Source of the DNA: the human T2T-CHM13v2.0 reference genome, Homo sapiens
Direction: 5' to 3' (one strand)
NCBI RefSeq assembly: GCF_009914755.1
Contig: NC_060925.1
DNA length: 64,000 bases
The translations under genes and the position numbers were made by a program. Positions 24,523-49,450 of the stretch are shown piece after piece (the stretch's first letter is position 1; every line of letters begins with the position of its first letter). The notes under the pieces are model-generated. The model was not told the DNA's origin and made no database searches. It was given only the letters and a program-made list of their open reading frames with translations.

Positions 24523-24981
24523 TGGTGATCAGGAGGAGGATGATAATGATAGGGATGATGGTGATGGTGATGATGATGGTGATGATGGGGATGATGGTGA
24601 TGGTGATGATGGTGATGTTGATGGTGATGGTGATGATGGTGATGGGGATGATGATGATGGTGATGGTGATGGTGATGATGATGGGGATGATGATGATGGT
24701 GATGTTGGGGATGATGATGATGGTGGTGATGGTGATGATGATGGGGATGATGATGATGGTGATGATGATGATGGGGATGATGATGGTGGGGATGATGGTG
24801 ATGGGGATGATGGTGATGGGGATGATGATGATGGGGATGATGGTGATGATGGGGATGATGATGGTGGGGATGATGGTGATGGGGATGATGGTGATGGGGA
24901 TGATGATGATGGGGATGATGGTGATGGTGATGATGATGATGGGGATGATGATGATGGGGATGATGACGGGGATGATGAGGA
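24523..24981. repeat. Complex trinucleotide tandem repeat of GAT/GGT/GGG units
   Basis: About 460 bp of in-register GAT, GGT and GGG triplets, with an internal 78-bp higher-order duplication. Confidence 0.97.
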
Positions 24982-25105
24982 TTCTGTTGTGTGATATTGG
25001 GGGAGTCAGTGAATGACATTTTCCATGTCTGTCAAATAAGGGTGTTGGACCAAATGATCTGTGAAGGTCCATCGAGGTCTGATGTTCTAGAATTTTCTAG
25101 TTTAA

Positions 25106-27610
<2,505 letters not shown>

Positions 27611-28225
27611 TGATCTTTTTAAAACATGAGTCAAATTACTTCCTTCCTCTGTTCAAATGCCCCAGTGGCTCCCCTCTCACTCAGAGAAAATCTTAACACC
27701 GTTCTGTGGCCTAGAAAGTCCTACCTGAGCTGTGCACACCCCTCCCCACCTTACCTCCTGTTGCTTTTCCCTCCCTTGCCCCAGCCCCACTGGCCTCCTT
27801 GCTGTTCTTCGAGCAGCCAAGCACAATCACGCCTCCCGGTCTTCGCCCTTGTATTCCCTCTGCCTAGAGAAGGTAACTGCCCCTGCCCATTTATCCATGA
27901 CAGGGCTCACTTCCGCTCATCACTAGGCAAGTTTCTCTGGCCATCCTGTTATACATACAATAGCACCCTAATCCTCTCTCACCTCTCCCACTGTCTAGCC
28001 CTCTCTCCTGCTTGTCGTTTCTTCATGGCATTCATCACTGTAGAACTGACCTTTGTTTACTGTATGTCTCTCCCACTAGAATGTTGTAGTCCTCATCATC
28101 AGCAGAGACTTTGTGCCATCCTCTGCTATATTATCCTGAAGAGTGCCTGGCTCATGGTAGGTGTTGAATCAATATACGTTAAGTAGATGAAAGCGTTTGC
28201 ATAACTGGGAAGCTATTTGTTGGTG

Positions 28226-31401
<3,176 letters not shown>

Positions 31402-32229
31402 TTAATTTAAACTTAAGTGGCCACATATGGCTAGTGGTTACTGCATTGGACAGCATAGTTCTCAAATGTTTACGAAGAACACACATATTGGCTTTGCAAA
31501 GAGGGAAAAGAGAGCTTTTCTTCCTTTTTTTTCCCTTGTGTGTTTATTTGTTCTGCCCTGGCTTCTTGAAGAGCTCCTCTGAAATCCCAGGGAGAGGCAG
31601 TGAATGCAAGGGCTTTGCAAACTGTTAAGTGCTGTACTCAGGAGATGCTGCTGTATGAGACTCTTTTTCCCCTTGCCTGGAACCCTTTTTCTCCTCTCCT
31701 CATGGGCTCCCAGCTAAGGTAGAGCCCTGACCAGAGAAAGCATCTTTGGGTGGTCTCTCAAGGGGGAACAGGGTATCCTGGGGTCTGGCCCCTGCAGCTA
31801 AGGCCCTCTCCTGAAAAGACTTTCCAGAAGGCATTCATTCACTCATGTATTCATTCAACAACCATTACTAACCATTCTCCTTCTCACCAGTCACTGCACT
31901 AGGCCCTGGGTACAGTGGCGTGGCTTAAAATCTAGGCTTTGGGAGGTATGGAGTGGTAACTGACAGGGCTGGGACACAGAAGGCCAGCTCAGCCACCCGT
32001 GGGCATGCCCCTTAATTTTCCTAAACCTCTATTTTTCTCTTCTGTAAAAGCAGGAAAATAGTGACACTGTCTTGCCAATCCCCTAGGGTCAATCAGGGCT
32101 GAGAAAGTTAATTACAGAGGCCTGCAGAGATATTCGTGATCAAAGAATATGCCTTCCTGGGAGAATAAGCGGGTAGTGACAGCCAGCTCCAATGCCCATG
32201 TAGATATTATTATTAATAATATTTTATCA

Positions 32230-32700
<471 letters not shown>

Positions 32701-34401
32701 AATATTTTATCACAACACATCACAGTTTCTTTAAGAGTAGTTAAAATATCAACCTTAAGGAAACCAGGAAAAGGGTGTTATCATTCATCCATACAGCATT
32801 TGTTGATTCCCACTGAAGTTCCAGGCCAAGGTGGGGTAGGGGATCAGTCTGGGAATGGGGACCTGACATGCGAGAAAGACACATAAGGAAATATTCCCTT
32901 TTTATTCATTCACTCCTCTGGCATATGCCAACCCTCTGGGGACATAATGAAAGACATCCACAGCCTTGCTCTCAGGAAGCTTTTAAAGGAAGTGGGGAGG
33001 CAGATATTCCTCAAATAGCCATTCAACTGCATATTATAAACGGTGATAAGGGTTAAGGAGAGGAAGTACAGAGTGCTATGAAGACATCATGGGGGACCTT
33101 GATGTACTTGGTGGTGGGAGGGTCAGAGATGGCATCTCTGGGGAGGTCAGCATCTAAAGGAGTTGAATAAGGACTGATAGGGTGGGGAAAGAGGGTCCAG
33201 GAGGCAGAAACAGCATGTGCCAAGGCCCTGAGCTGGGAGAGGGCAGGGTGCTTGTGAGGCCAGTGTGGCTGGAACCCAGCTGGCAAAGGAAGGGGTGCGT
33301 TATGCAGCTGAGGCTCTAGTGGACCATACTTAGGAGCCAGTGAAGGCTTCAGGGAAGGACAGTGAGGACAGCTGTCCATTCTGGATGGAACACTGGAGGG
33401 GCAGAGTGGGCGAGGCATGGGCACAATGGCAGCTGGTGCCAGGGAGGCAGCAATGGGGTGGAGAGAAGGGGAGAGTGGGTGCGTAATGAGCGCGATGGCA
33501 GCCTGTGTCAGGGAGACAGCAGGGGGTTGAGAGAAGGGGAGAAATTTGAGGGCTGCTTGGGAGGTAAGTGGGGCAAGACGTGGGGTTGGATTGGCCCTGG
33601 GAGAGGTGGCACGAGAGGTCCCAGTGGGTAAGCTCTGTGACCCAGGAAGGGCTGGCTAAATCTGACCTGGGGAAGGCCTCCCAGATGGAGCACATCTCCC
33701 CGGTATCGTGAAATAGGTTGCAGCACCCCTAGTGGAGAAAAAGGGGAAAGACAGTCTATCCCTGGCGAGCAGAAATTCAGCTGGGAGTTGTCAGTGAAAC
33801 GAAACTAACATTGAGTATGGACCGTGTACCAAGCCCTTTCTAAGTGCTTTACCTTCATCACCTCATTTAATCCTCCCAACAACTCTACAAGGTCGATGCT
33901 ATTATCACTCTCATTTTACAGATGAGGAAGCTGAGGCTCAGAGAGGTGCTGCCACTGGGATGCGGACTCCAGGAAGCCTGACCCCGTCCTGCCTTTTAAT
34001 CACGGCATCATACTGCTCTTGTGGTTTGGGATGATTAGAACCTGAGAGAGTTGGAGAGGGGAAGGAGCGGGTTGAGTCTGAGCCTAAGAAATGGGCTGGG
34101 ACCAAATCCCGGGGGGCTGCTGGTGTTAGACTTGGGGGTGTTGACATCATTGCAGATGAGTGGGTAGCACATTCTTAGGGAGAGGGTGGTGGGATCACGT
34201 GTGCTTTTCTGAGAAGTCACTCTGGGATGGGGCAGAGAAGAAGTAAAAAAAAAAAAAAAAAACAGAAAAAAAAACAGAGGAGAGACAGTGAGGCAGGGCA
34301 TGGGTGAGTACAAGGCCAGGGCAGCAGGGCTCTGGGAAGGGTGAACACCAGGCAGACAGTTCCAAGGTAGATCTAACAGGTGACTAGGTGGTGGGAGGTG
34401 A

Positions 34402-36079
<1,678 letters not shown>

Positions 36080-36193
36080 TTAAGGGGGTAGAATCTGAGA
36101 TCCATCAGCTCTAGAGTTTGGGATCTTGAGTAACAGTTTCGCCACGTTTAACAAATGTCCGGGGCCTGGAACGGAGACACTGGCGCTTCTATC

Positions 36194-36210
36194 GCGCCAT
36201 CTGCTGGCCA
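36194..36210 (-). promoter_or_regulatory. CTCF binding motif
   Basis: Minus strand TGGCCAGCAGATGGCGC matches the CCASYAGRKGGCRS consensus, within a small CpG-retaining unique patch (about 36140-36250). Confidence 0.75.
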
Positions 36211-37703
36211 AAACGTAGAGCTCAACTGGCGACGGAAAGGCGTTGGTTCCCAGGCTTGACAGGATTCCCTTCTGCCCTCTTCTCAACTGTTTCTCCCAAC
36301 AGCCCTGAGTGGGTGGTAGGCAGGAATTGTCCAGCCTCATCTTACCAATGAGGAGACCAAGGCTTGGAGAGAAGAGGCGACTTCTCAAAGATGATCCAGA
36401 GGAGTAAAGGAGGCCCCGGGATTCAAACCCCCCTCCGTGAGGTGCTCTCCACCTCCCGCTGTCCTCAGTGTGGACTTAGATCCCAGAGCATCTTCACCCC
36501 TCTGAGGGGGTGAGGCCAGTCCCCTCCCTGGCTGGCTTGCAGACAGCGACCCAGGTTCAGGTAGCGGCCTAACCCACCCAGCTCTGTCTCTGTGGGGGTG
36601 GTTTGACCTGATGCAGGTTTGAGCCTGTATCAGGCTCTGTGGGGGGTTAGGGCAGGGTTCTCAAGGCTGAGCAGAAAGCTTCCACCCCACCCCTCCACTG
36701 GGGACTCCAAGCAGGTGACATTTCTGTTTGGGGAGCTGGCTGCCCCTTCCCTGTCCCCAGCCCTTCAGGAATTCTGGGTCTCAGGCTCTGGAAGGAGGGA
36801 GAGGAGAGAGAGAGAGGAGGCCCAGGCAGAAGTGGGGAGACAGTAGGCTGGGAGAAGGAGGGGCATGGGGGTGGGGCCAGAGCAAGGCCACAGCGAATGA
36901 TAGTGACAGCAACCGTGCTAAGAAGAGCTGCCACTGTGGAGGGACAGGCGCTGCAAAGGTGCTTTACGGGAATTATGAGCCTTAACCTTCTCTGTGGCCC
37001 TGAGAGGCAGGGAGGATCATGACCCTCACTGACAGTGGAGGAGCAGTATCCAGGAGCTTGAGTAATGTGCCCAGGGTCACATGGCCAGTGAATATGAAGC
37101 CAGAATCACAACCCAGGGAGTTGTGACTCCCAGAAGGAGGGGACTGATGGGAAGCAGAGTGAAGGAGCAAAGGACTGATGGGGTGGCCATCAGGCTGGGA
37201 GTGGGGGACAAAGACGTCCGGCTGCCTGGCCGTCCCATGGCTGTCATCGTGTGTACGAGTGTGTATGTGTGCCAGGGAGAGAGAGTGTCTGAGAGTCTCG
37301 GTTGTCAAATCTTGGTGACATCCTGGTGGCATGGGTTGTCTGACTGTGGCTGAGCAATCTGGGTTGTTGAGGGGCCAGGAAGGCTTCTTCTCTCCCTCAA
37401 GAAGTCTGGGTCAACTTTGAGTCATCCTTCTGAGCACATCTTAAAAGTCACCTCTCCTGGGAAGCCCTCCTGGATTGCTAAAATGGGGTCGAATTCCCAT
37501 GTTACACACTTGCAATGCTTCTCCTGCCAAGTAGTCATCATATGTATAAGTGGTTAAATATTTGTATTTACTCGGTAGAAGCCCTGTGTTCTGACCCAGT
37601 TGGAGCTGGTAGTGGGCAGGTACCAGGAATTTAGATAAAACCAGATGTGCGGGGGCAGGTTGCAGAGGGAAACCCTGGCTCTGAACATTCATTGTTTCCT
37701 GAG

Positions 37704-37846
37704 CTCCAGGCTGCGGATTTTATTGAGAGAACGGAGACTGCTGGTGAACTCTCAAGAGGGTTAATTGGAGTTTTATCAAGCCAGATTTCATGGTGTCTGC
37801 TTAATGTTCATCTCTCCAAGCTTCCCACCAGACTGCAAAGGCTGAG
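37704..37846 (+). ncRNA. MDS2: MDS2 internal exon (lncRNA with putative ORF)
   Basis: Acceptor at GAG| (exon from 37704) or CAG| (from 37710); donor GAG|GTGACT. Encodes (LQ)AADFIERTETAGELSRGLIGVLSSQISWCLLNVHLSKLPTRLQRL, matching the recalled MDS2 predicted protein. Confidence 0.8.
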
Positions 37847-38274
37847 GTGACTGCCTTGACTCTACTATGTCCCTAGAACTTAAAGCCCCGTGGGTGGTTC
37901 TTGCACTTGACAAACACATATTAAAGGAAAGAATGAATCGATGAAGCATGGGTTTGGGTGCCGGGCTGGGGAAACCAGGTTTGTGAGTGAGGGGATGAGG
38001 TGACAGGACCCAAGCAGGGCTGGCATGGGTGGCAGCGGAGAACCACAAGACCACGTGTGGTCACCTATGTGATGATGCCTCCTGGAGTTGTTCAGAGCAG
38101 TGCACAGCCTGTGGTAGGGGGCTGGCTTCCCTTAAACGCTGTTTGGGGAAGTACAGCCTGACAGTAGGTTTTCAGGAACTGGGAGGACCAGAAGGTGCCC
38201 TGATTCCCTTCCTCCCTGATCTCCCCTGGCACCAGCTCCTTGCTCAGCCTCCTCGCTTCTCTAATTTCTTGCAG

Positions 38275-38390
38275 CTGCAGTGTTCTGAATAGCAGTCCAG
38301 CTATGAGGGGAGGTGCCCGTGGCAGGCCTCAGCTGACCCTGGAGAGGCCATTAAGACCTGGCTGTCGCCTCCACAGCTGCTCGGAGGCAG
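38275..38390 (+). ncRNA. MDS2: MDS2 internal exon
   Basis: CTAAT branch-like motif plus TTTCTTGCAG| acceptor and CAG|GTGAGT donor; 116 nt. Continues the frame: SCSVLNSSPAMRGGARGRPQLTLERPLRPGCRLHSCSEA. Confidence 0.85.
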
Positions 38391-38983
38391 GTGAGTCTGG
38401 TTCTCTGAGTCTCCCTCCTAGAGGTGGGCACTGAAGTCAGGCCCAGCGGATGGGAAGGAAAGAGGCCAGGGCTGGAGAAGCAGCCAGCGTTTCCCACTTC
38501 CTCCCCAACTGCCACTCCAGGTGGTGGCCCAGGTGACTGGGTCTCTTTGTCCTCCTCCCTCCCAGACACACTCTTGCCCTGGGTTTTCAGGAAAGTGGGG
38601 AGGCTAAGCAGCTCATCCCAGGCAGTTGGGCAAACCATCCCACCAGGTACCTGGCCAGATGCTGTCCCAGACACCTCCCTCCAGGCTGTCATCCTCCACA
38701 TCACTGGGACTAGTAGTAAGGGAAATAGAAAGCTCCCCAACGCCCTCCACCTGCACCCCAGGCCTGATCCTGAGGCATGGCTGGCTCAGAGACAGTGACA
38801 GTGGGGTCAAAGGGTATGAGACAGATTCTCCATCTACCAGGAACAGGCAAGTGAGCCTCAGCCTCCTCGTCTGGAATGAGGGACAATAGTACCTATTTCA
38901 CAGTAAAGTTTCTGGAACATAGGTGTTCAATAAATGACAGATGCTACCATCACAGATTACCAATGTTACAAAACTGTAAACAG

Positions 38984-39170
38984 AGAAAGGTGGCTTTGTA
39001 AGAAGAAGAAAAGAGATCATTCTTTTTCCACCATGTGAGGACCCAGCAAGAGGGTGGCTGTCTGCAAACCCAGGGAGAGAGCCCTCACCAGGAATCTGCT
39101 GGCACCTTAATCTTGGACTTCCCAGCCTCCACAACTGTGAGGAATAAATGTATGTTGTTTAAGCCACCCA
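38984..39170 (+). ncRNA. MDS2: MDS2 terminal exon (LTR-derived; 3' end approximate)
   Basis: AAACAG| acceptor; continues in frame EKGGFVRRRKEIILFPPCEDPARGWLSANPGREPSPGICWHLNLGLPSLHNCEE*. TAA at 39145-39147 lies inside AATAAA (39143-39148). Confidence 0.8.
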
Positions 39171-39212
39171 GTTTGTGGTATTTTGTTATAGCAGTCCTAG
39201 CTGACTAAAAAA
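38995..39212 (+). mobile_element. MLT1 LTR, 3' portion (exapted as MDS2 last exon)
   Basis: CCATGTGAGGAC...GAGAGCCCTCACCAG...CTGCTGGCACCTT...TTTTGTTATAGCAG; similar to the copy at 43030-43425. Confidence 0.85.
39143..39148 (+). terminator. Polyadenylation signal (MLT1 LTR-derived) for MDS2
   Basis: AATAAA followed by GT-rich sequence, at the usual MaLR LTR polyA position. Confidence 0.7.
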
Positions 39213-39295
39213 TACTGTCTCCTATAACCCATGAGTTTTGTTTCAAAGCACTTAACACAATCTATAGTTATACATCTACCTATGCAATTTATCTT

Positions 39296-42050
<2,755 letters not shown>

Positions 42051-43029
42051 ATAATGAAGGTGCTGCTCACTGAGCACTTACTTTGGCCCCCCTGTATTCT
42101 CTGCATGGTTCTATTTAATCCCATTTTACAGAAAAGTAGGGGATCATGTGTCCCAGTTTGGATGGGACAGATCCAGTTGGCACCTATTGTCCCAGCATAG
42201 GGAGTATTTTATTCCCACTTTCCCATTCTAGTCTTAGAAGCGTACTGAGCTGGTCAATAAAGTACATGGTCACCCCATAGATAAGGCAATGGAGCCTTAA
42301 AAATTCCTAAAGGCAATAAATTCAGCACCTGATTTGCTTTCTTCTCAGAGACTCTAAAGCCTTTGCCCTTAACTGCTAGTGGTGCTGAGGGTGTTAATTA
42401 GGAGGGTTGTTGTTTTTTTGTCCTTGTTTTAGTTTTGGCAGCAATAAGGCTGGTATCAAGTAACCATCTCAAGAGAGAGAGGTCGTAGGGAGGCCAGCTC
42501 CCTCCCTGCTCCAGTCTGGTGATCTGTGGAGGAGGAGAGAGGTTCACAGACCCCCATCCACGCAGAATGGCTCAAGAATTTGCAGGTCCCAGTGCAAAAT
42601 CAAAATGCAGAGCCTCTTGTTAAACAGTTAAAAAACTGTTAATAATTCAAGACAGCAACAGCAGAGCATTAAACAAACGCTGGGCCCTTTGGTGTGTGGG
42701 ACCATGCAGGTCACATGCCCATGAAACTGTCCCTGCATCCCCCTCTTACCCAAGCTGGGACTCTGGCAGTCATCCTTGACCTCTCCCCCTCTCTAAGCCC
42801 TCTTTTCACATTGAGTCCCGCGGATCCAAGCTTATTGAGCAGCTCCCCCACTCCCTTCCAAATGCCATGCCTCTGGTCCAGTGACACTTCTCACCGCTAG
42901 ACTAGAGCAACCACTCAGACAGCTTCCAGTCCTGCCTGCTCTGGCCCATCCTCCCCTCTGCGGCCAGAAAGAGCTCCCCAAAGGCCAATCTTACCCTAGG
43001 ACCTCCCTGCTTAAAACCTTCCATGGCCC

Positions 43030-43425
43030 CTGCTGTGGACTGAATTGTGTCCTCCCCAGAATCACATGTTGCAGCTTTAAGTCCCATTGCAACTGTGTTT
43101 GGAAAAGGGGCCTTTAGGAAGTAATTAAGGTTAAATGAGGTCATAAGAGTGGGACCCTGATCCCTTGGGATTCATGCCTTATAAGAGGAGACACTGCAGA
43201 GCTCACTCTCCTCTTCCCCACTGTGAGCACACACACAAAGAAAAGGCCATGTGAGGACACAGCAAGAAGGCAGCTGTCTACAAGCCAGGAAGAGAGCCCT
43301 CACCAGAAACTGAATCTGCTGGCACCTTGATCTTGGACTTCTGGCCTCCAGAACAGTGAGGCATCAATGTCTGTTATTTAGCTACGAAGTCTGTGGTATT
43401 TTGTTATGGCATCCCGAGCACACAA
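43030..43425 (+). mobile_element. MLT1A-like solo LTR
   Basis: TGCTGTGGACTGAATTGTGTCCTCCCC...GTCTGTGGTATTTTGTTATGGCA. Confidence 0.85.
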
Positions 43426-44412
43426 AGGCAGCTCCCCGCCGTCTGAGATCTGGGCATGATCTCCGTGGCTGTGTGTTAGGGACCCCACCTCTCCAGCCCT
43501 TGCCAGACCTTCTTTCCTGTCTCTGGGTGTTCTACAAGATCTCCTTCCTCTGGATCTTCCAACATATTCTTCCTCTACCCCTTTCTTACCTATTTATCTG
43601 GTCAACTCCTGCTTGGCTCTCAGTCCCCAGCTTAGAAATGAAGCCTCCCTGACCTCCCCACCCATGCACAGTCCATGGAGGGCTCCTCCTCCCTGCCCCC
43701 ACAGCTCCTCCATGCTCCCTCCCTTGTGGGGAATTCTACTACACGTTTTGGGCCTCTCTTGCCCAATAGTTCAGGAGCTCCCTGAGAACCGGGACCTTAT
43801 TCTGCTCAACCCTTGGTCCTGAGCATCTACAGGTCTGGAGGCCTCTCACCCCTCCCTGGTGTTCTTGACCTTTAAGAAGGATGCCAGGGGCTGACTGTGA
43901 GTTCCAAAGCCCCTCTGGGAAGCTGGGGGCTGAGGAACAGAGTTGGAGGCCAGACTGTGGGTAGAGGAGCAGGGCTGAGGGTGCAGGAAGAGACTTCAAC
44001 GGCCTCTGTGGGTTCACTTTTCATCCACCTCCTTCCCAGGGAGAACCTGCAACTGGCTCTGCTTGGAATGCGTCATTCATTTATTTAGTCAACAAACATT
44101 CATTGTGCTTCCAATTAGGGTCAGGCCCTGGGCCAGGTACTAGGATGCTGCAGGGGAGGTTCCTGGGTCCCCACCAGGAGACACATGACATAAGCTATGA
44201 CTTTGTGTTGAATGAGGGACTTCCCCCAGAGTAATGGGAAAGAGGACTTGGAGGTCAGATAAGCCTAGTGCGACTCCAGGCTCTGCTCTTCATTAGCTGG
44301 TAACATGGGACAATCCAAGCATGTGCCCTACTTTTTTAAATCTTGAAAATGGCTCTGACAGCAGAGCCTCTGGAGGCCTGGGGTGGGATGAGATCCTGGA
44401 ACATGACCCCAG

Positions 44413-44650
44413 TTCCAGGCCTCTGCTTTCTCCCATTCAACTTGATATGCCTCATGCACGTCTTCCTCACAGTCACCTATTCCCCACATCATGGCCATGG
44501 TCAGGCTCATGTCCATGTGTGGGGTGTACTTGACCATGAGGAAGACATAGCAACAACCTACAGTAGCGACCTTCAGCCAACACCCCTGGTGAGACCTGTC
44601 CAGAGACTCAGGCAAAGAACCCCCATGTGACACATTCCTCCCAAACCAAG
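44413..44650 (+). pseudogene. SLC17-like pseudo-exon (exon 2 equivalent: TM1 plus luminal loop)
   Basis: CAG|TT phase-1 start; (V)PGLCFLPFNLICLMHVFLTVTYS, frameshift near 44487, then IMAMV. Compare SLC17A1 VPGFCSFRY, SLC17A2 LALIMHF...IIAMV and sialin RYNLAIL. TAG at 44548-44550. Ends ...QTK|GTACCA. Confidence 0.75.
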
Positions 44651-45858
44651 GTACCACATTCTGCAGAGGCCACCTCAGCCTCTCTCTTCCCTGGGTTCAA
44701 GTTTCTACTCTGACTGGGGTTCTTAGAGCTGCCTGACCTGGAGAGAAATCCCAGTGGATGAAACCTGTTATCAAGAAGGAGGAAATTCCCCTTTAAGTGG
44801 TCCCATTCAGGCAGGCGTCACTTGGGCAACAAATACCAGTTACCATCCAGATAAGTGTTTTCCATGTGTTAGGTCATTGAATGCATAAGATACCTTCATC
44901 TCATTTAATCATTGCGAAAAGCTCTGAAGCGAGTACTATTACTCACCCTATTTTACACATGGGAGGCTGAGGTTCAAAGAGGTGAAGTCACTTGCCTAAG
45001 GTCACACGACTTATTAGTGCTGCAGCAGGGATTTGAACCCAAAGACCAACCACTTAACTACTATTCTAATTGCCTCCTGTAAGCCTCAGTTTCCTTATCT
45101 GTAAAAGGGGAAAATAGTGTCTCTAACCTACTATTAATGTCTCTAACCTCTAACAACCTACTTCACAAGGTTGTTGATTATTAAATTATAAAGTTAAGAT
45201 CTGGTGAAAGGTGAGAAGTTCTCTGGACTCAGACAGACTTGGGCTTTAATCCCAGCTCTGTAACTCACTAACTGGATGATCTTAGTCACATTACTTCCCC
45301 TCCCAGCGTGAATCTCTTCATTGTTGGAATGGGGAAACGTGGTCATACCTATCTGGACGGGTTGTCGGACGGAGTAAATGTGGACATCTATTGGCATGTG
45401 AAGCAGGATTTGGACTGTGGAGGGGAGTGCTACCAGCAGAGGAAAGAGCCCGAGCAAAGGCCTAGAGGTGGCATGTCATGGGGAACATTGCATTGAATGA
45501 GATCCAGCTTGACTCAAATCTCATTTGCTGATGGTTTGACCCCCAGAGGACACCCCCAATCCCTGTGCCTCCCCAAGTCTGGTGAAGATGTTAACTCAGC
45601 TTGTCTCAATCCATCAACAAATATACTGAGAGTGGCATACTGGCAAAGACCTCAGAAAATGAGGGACATGTATTGAAATCCCAGTCCCCCCACTTACCAG
45701 CAGTGTGACTTGGCATGAGTCATTTCACTTCTCTGAGTCTCAGTTTCCCCATCTGAAAATGGGGAGAATATACACAAACTGCAGGGCAACATGGAGTGGG
45801 CTAAATGGGCTAAGGTGGCAACCCTCCCACTGAGGGTCCCAGCCCTCCCATATTGCAA

Positions 45859-46076
45859 GTGCCTTTGAACAGCTGGAGCTCAGACAGGAGAGCCTCCTTC
45901 CTCTTCTGTGCCTTCTATGGCATCCTCATCACCTTGACTGCCATGATTTTGGCTGGAAGCGAGCCCTGGACATAGGGCTTCTGGTATCTTCCTTGCTGTG
46001 CCTTCTGGTGTCCACAGCCGCTGTGCTGGACCCTGGTGACCTTGTCCTGCTGCTGGTCCTGCAGATAGGAGCCCAC
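45859..46076 (+). pseudogene. SLC17-like pseudo-exon (exon 3 equivalent)
   Basis: VPLNSWSSDRRASFLFCAFYGILITLT, frameshift near 45941, then [45 protein letters not shown]. Compare SLC17A2 [78 protein letters not shown]. Length 218 nt = 234 minus a 16-nt deletion. Acceptor reads CAA and the donor is lost. Confidence 0.88.
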
Positions 46077-46212
46077 CTGGAGTGCAGCCCCTGCATCTGT
46101 GCTCAACTAGAAAGGCAAGAACTCGCATTCCAGCTCCCACCTCTAATTTTATGAGGAAGAAGGAGCAACCCTTAATTTTTTTTTTTTTTTTTTTAGTTTT
46201 AAAAACTGGCAT

Positions 46213-48742
<2,530 letters not shown>

Positions 48743-49046
48743 TAAGAGATTTTTGTATATTAAGTCGAGCAACTGCAAAGTAAGCTCTTGATTCCAGAAG
48801 CAATTTTGGTATTGCCTCTTCCCTTCCTCCATGGAGCTAGGAGAGGAATGATTTGTACTCTCAATCCAGAAAGGCTTTTTTATAGGAGAAATCTGGAGAA
48901 GATGGAAAACAAGAGATCTTGAAAGATTCCAAGTATTTTTTACTTCGGAGGATTTTCTTCTTGAACCTACCCTTCCCGCTTCAAACCGTGGAAAGACCAC
49001 TGTGCTCCCCTGTGGCCAGAATGACCGGGTTGCGCCCTCATGGCAG

Positions 49047-49134
49047 GGTGGGGTCTTTCTGGCTTGCTGCACTCTCTGAGCCAAGTGGGTCCCCACCCAA
49101 GAAATCTCCTTGCTCAGGAGCTGTGCTGATGTCA
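49047..49134 (+). pseudogene. SLC17-like pseudo-exon (exon 4 equivalent)
   Basis: CAG|GGT start; GGVFLACCTL*AKWVPTQEISLLRSCADV aligns without gaps to sialin [29 protein letters not shown] and SLC17A2 [23 protein letters not shown]. 88 nt, phase 0 to phase 1. TGA at 49077-49079 replaces the conserved Trp; donor reads GAAAGA. Confidence 0.85.
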
Positions 49135-49430
49135 GAAAGACCCAGCTGACTGTCCTCTCGCCAAGCCCTGGCTCAAGTTGTCTCTGCTGCTGGCCAGCTG
49201 TGTGTCCTTGCCCTGTCCTTTAACCTCTCTGTGCCTCAATTCCCTTGTCTCTGAAATGGAGAAAACATTGCCCACCTTTCAAGGGTTGTAGGGAAGATTA
49301 GACAAGGTCATGTGTCTAAGGCTCTGGATACAATGCCTGGCATGGTGTAGGTGCTCCAGAAACACTTGTCAAATCAGTAACAAATAGCTGTTTTCCTTTC
49401 GTTTGTTCTTGTTAGTTTTGCGTGCATGAC

Positions 49431-49450
49431 GTGTGTGTGTGTGTGTGTGT
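49431..49450. repeat. (GT)n microsatellite
   Basis: About (GT)10. Confidence 0.9.

Noticed and set aside
24414-25072. 200-aa Met-rich, 194-aa Ile-rich and 173-aa His-rich ORFs
   Set aside because: By-products of the trinucleotide repeat; no gene context.
46077-46130. [11 protein letters not shown] resembling the SLC17 [10 protein letters not shown] motif just after pseudo-exon 3
   Set aside because: The true exon 4 equivalent, with correct size and phase, is at 49047-49134; this match is probably chance.
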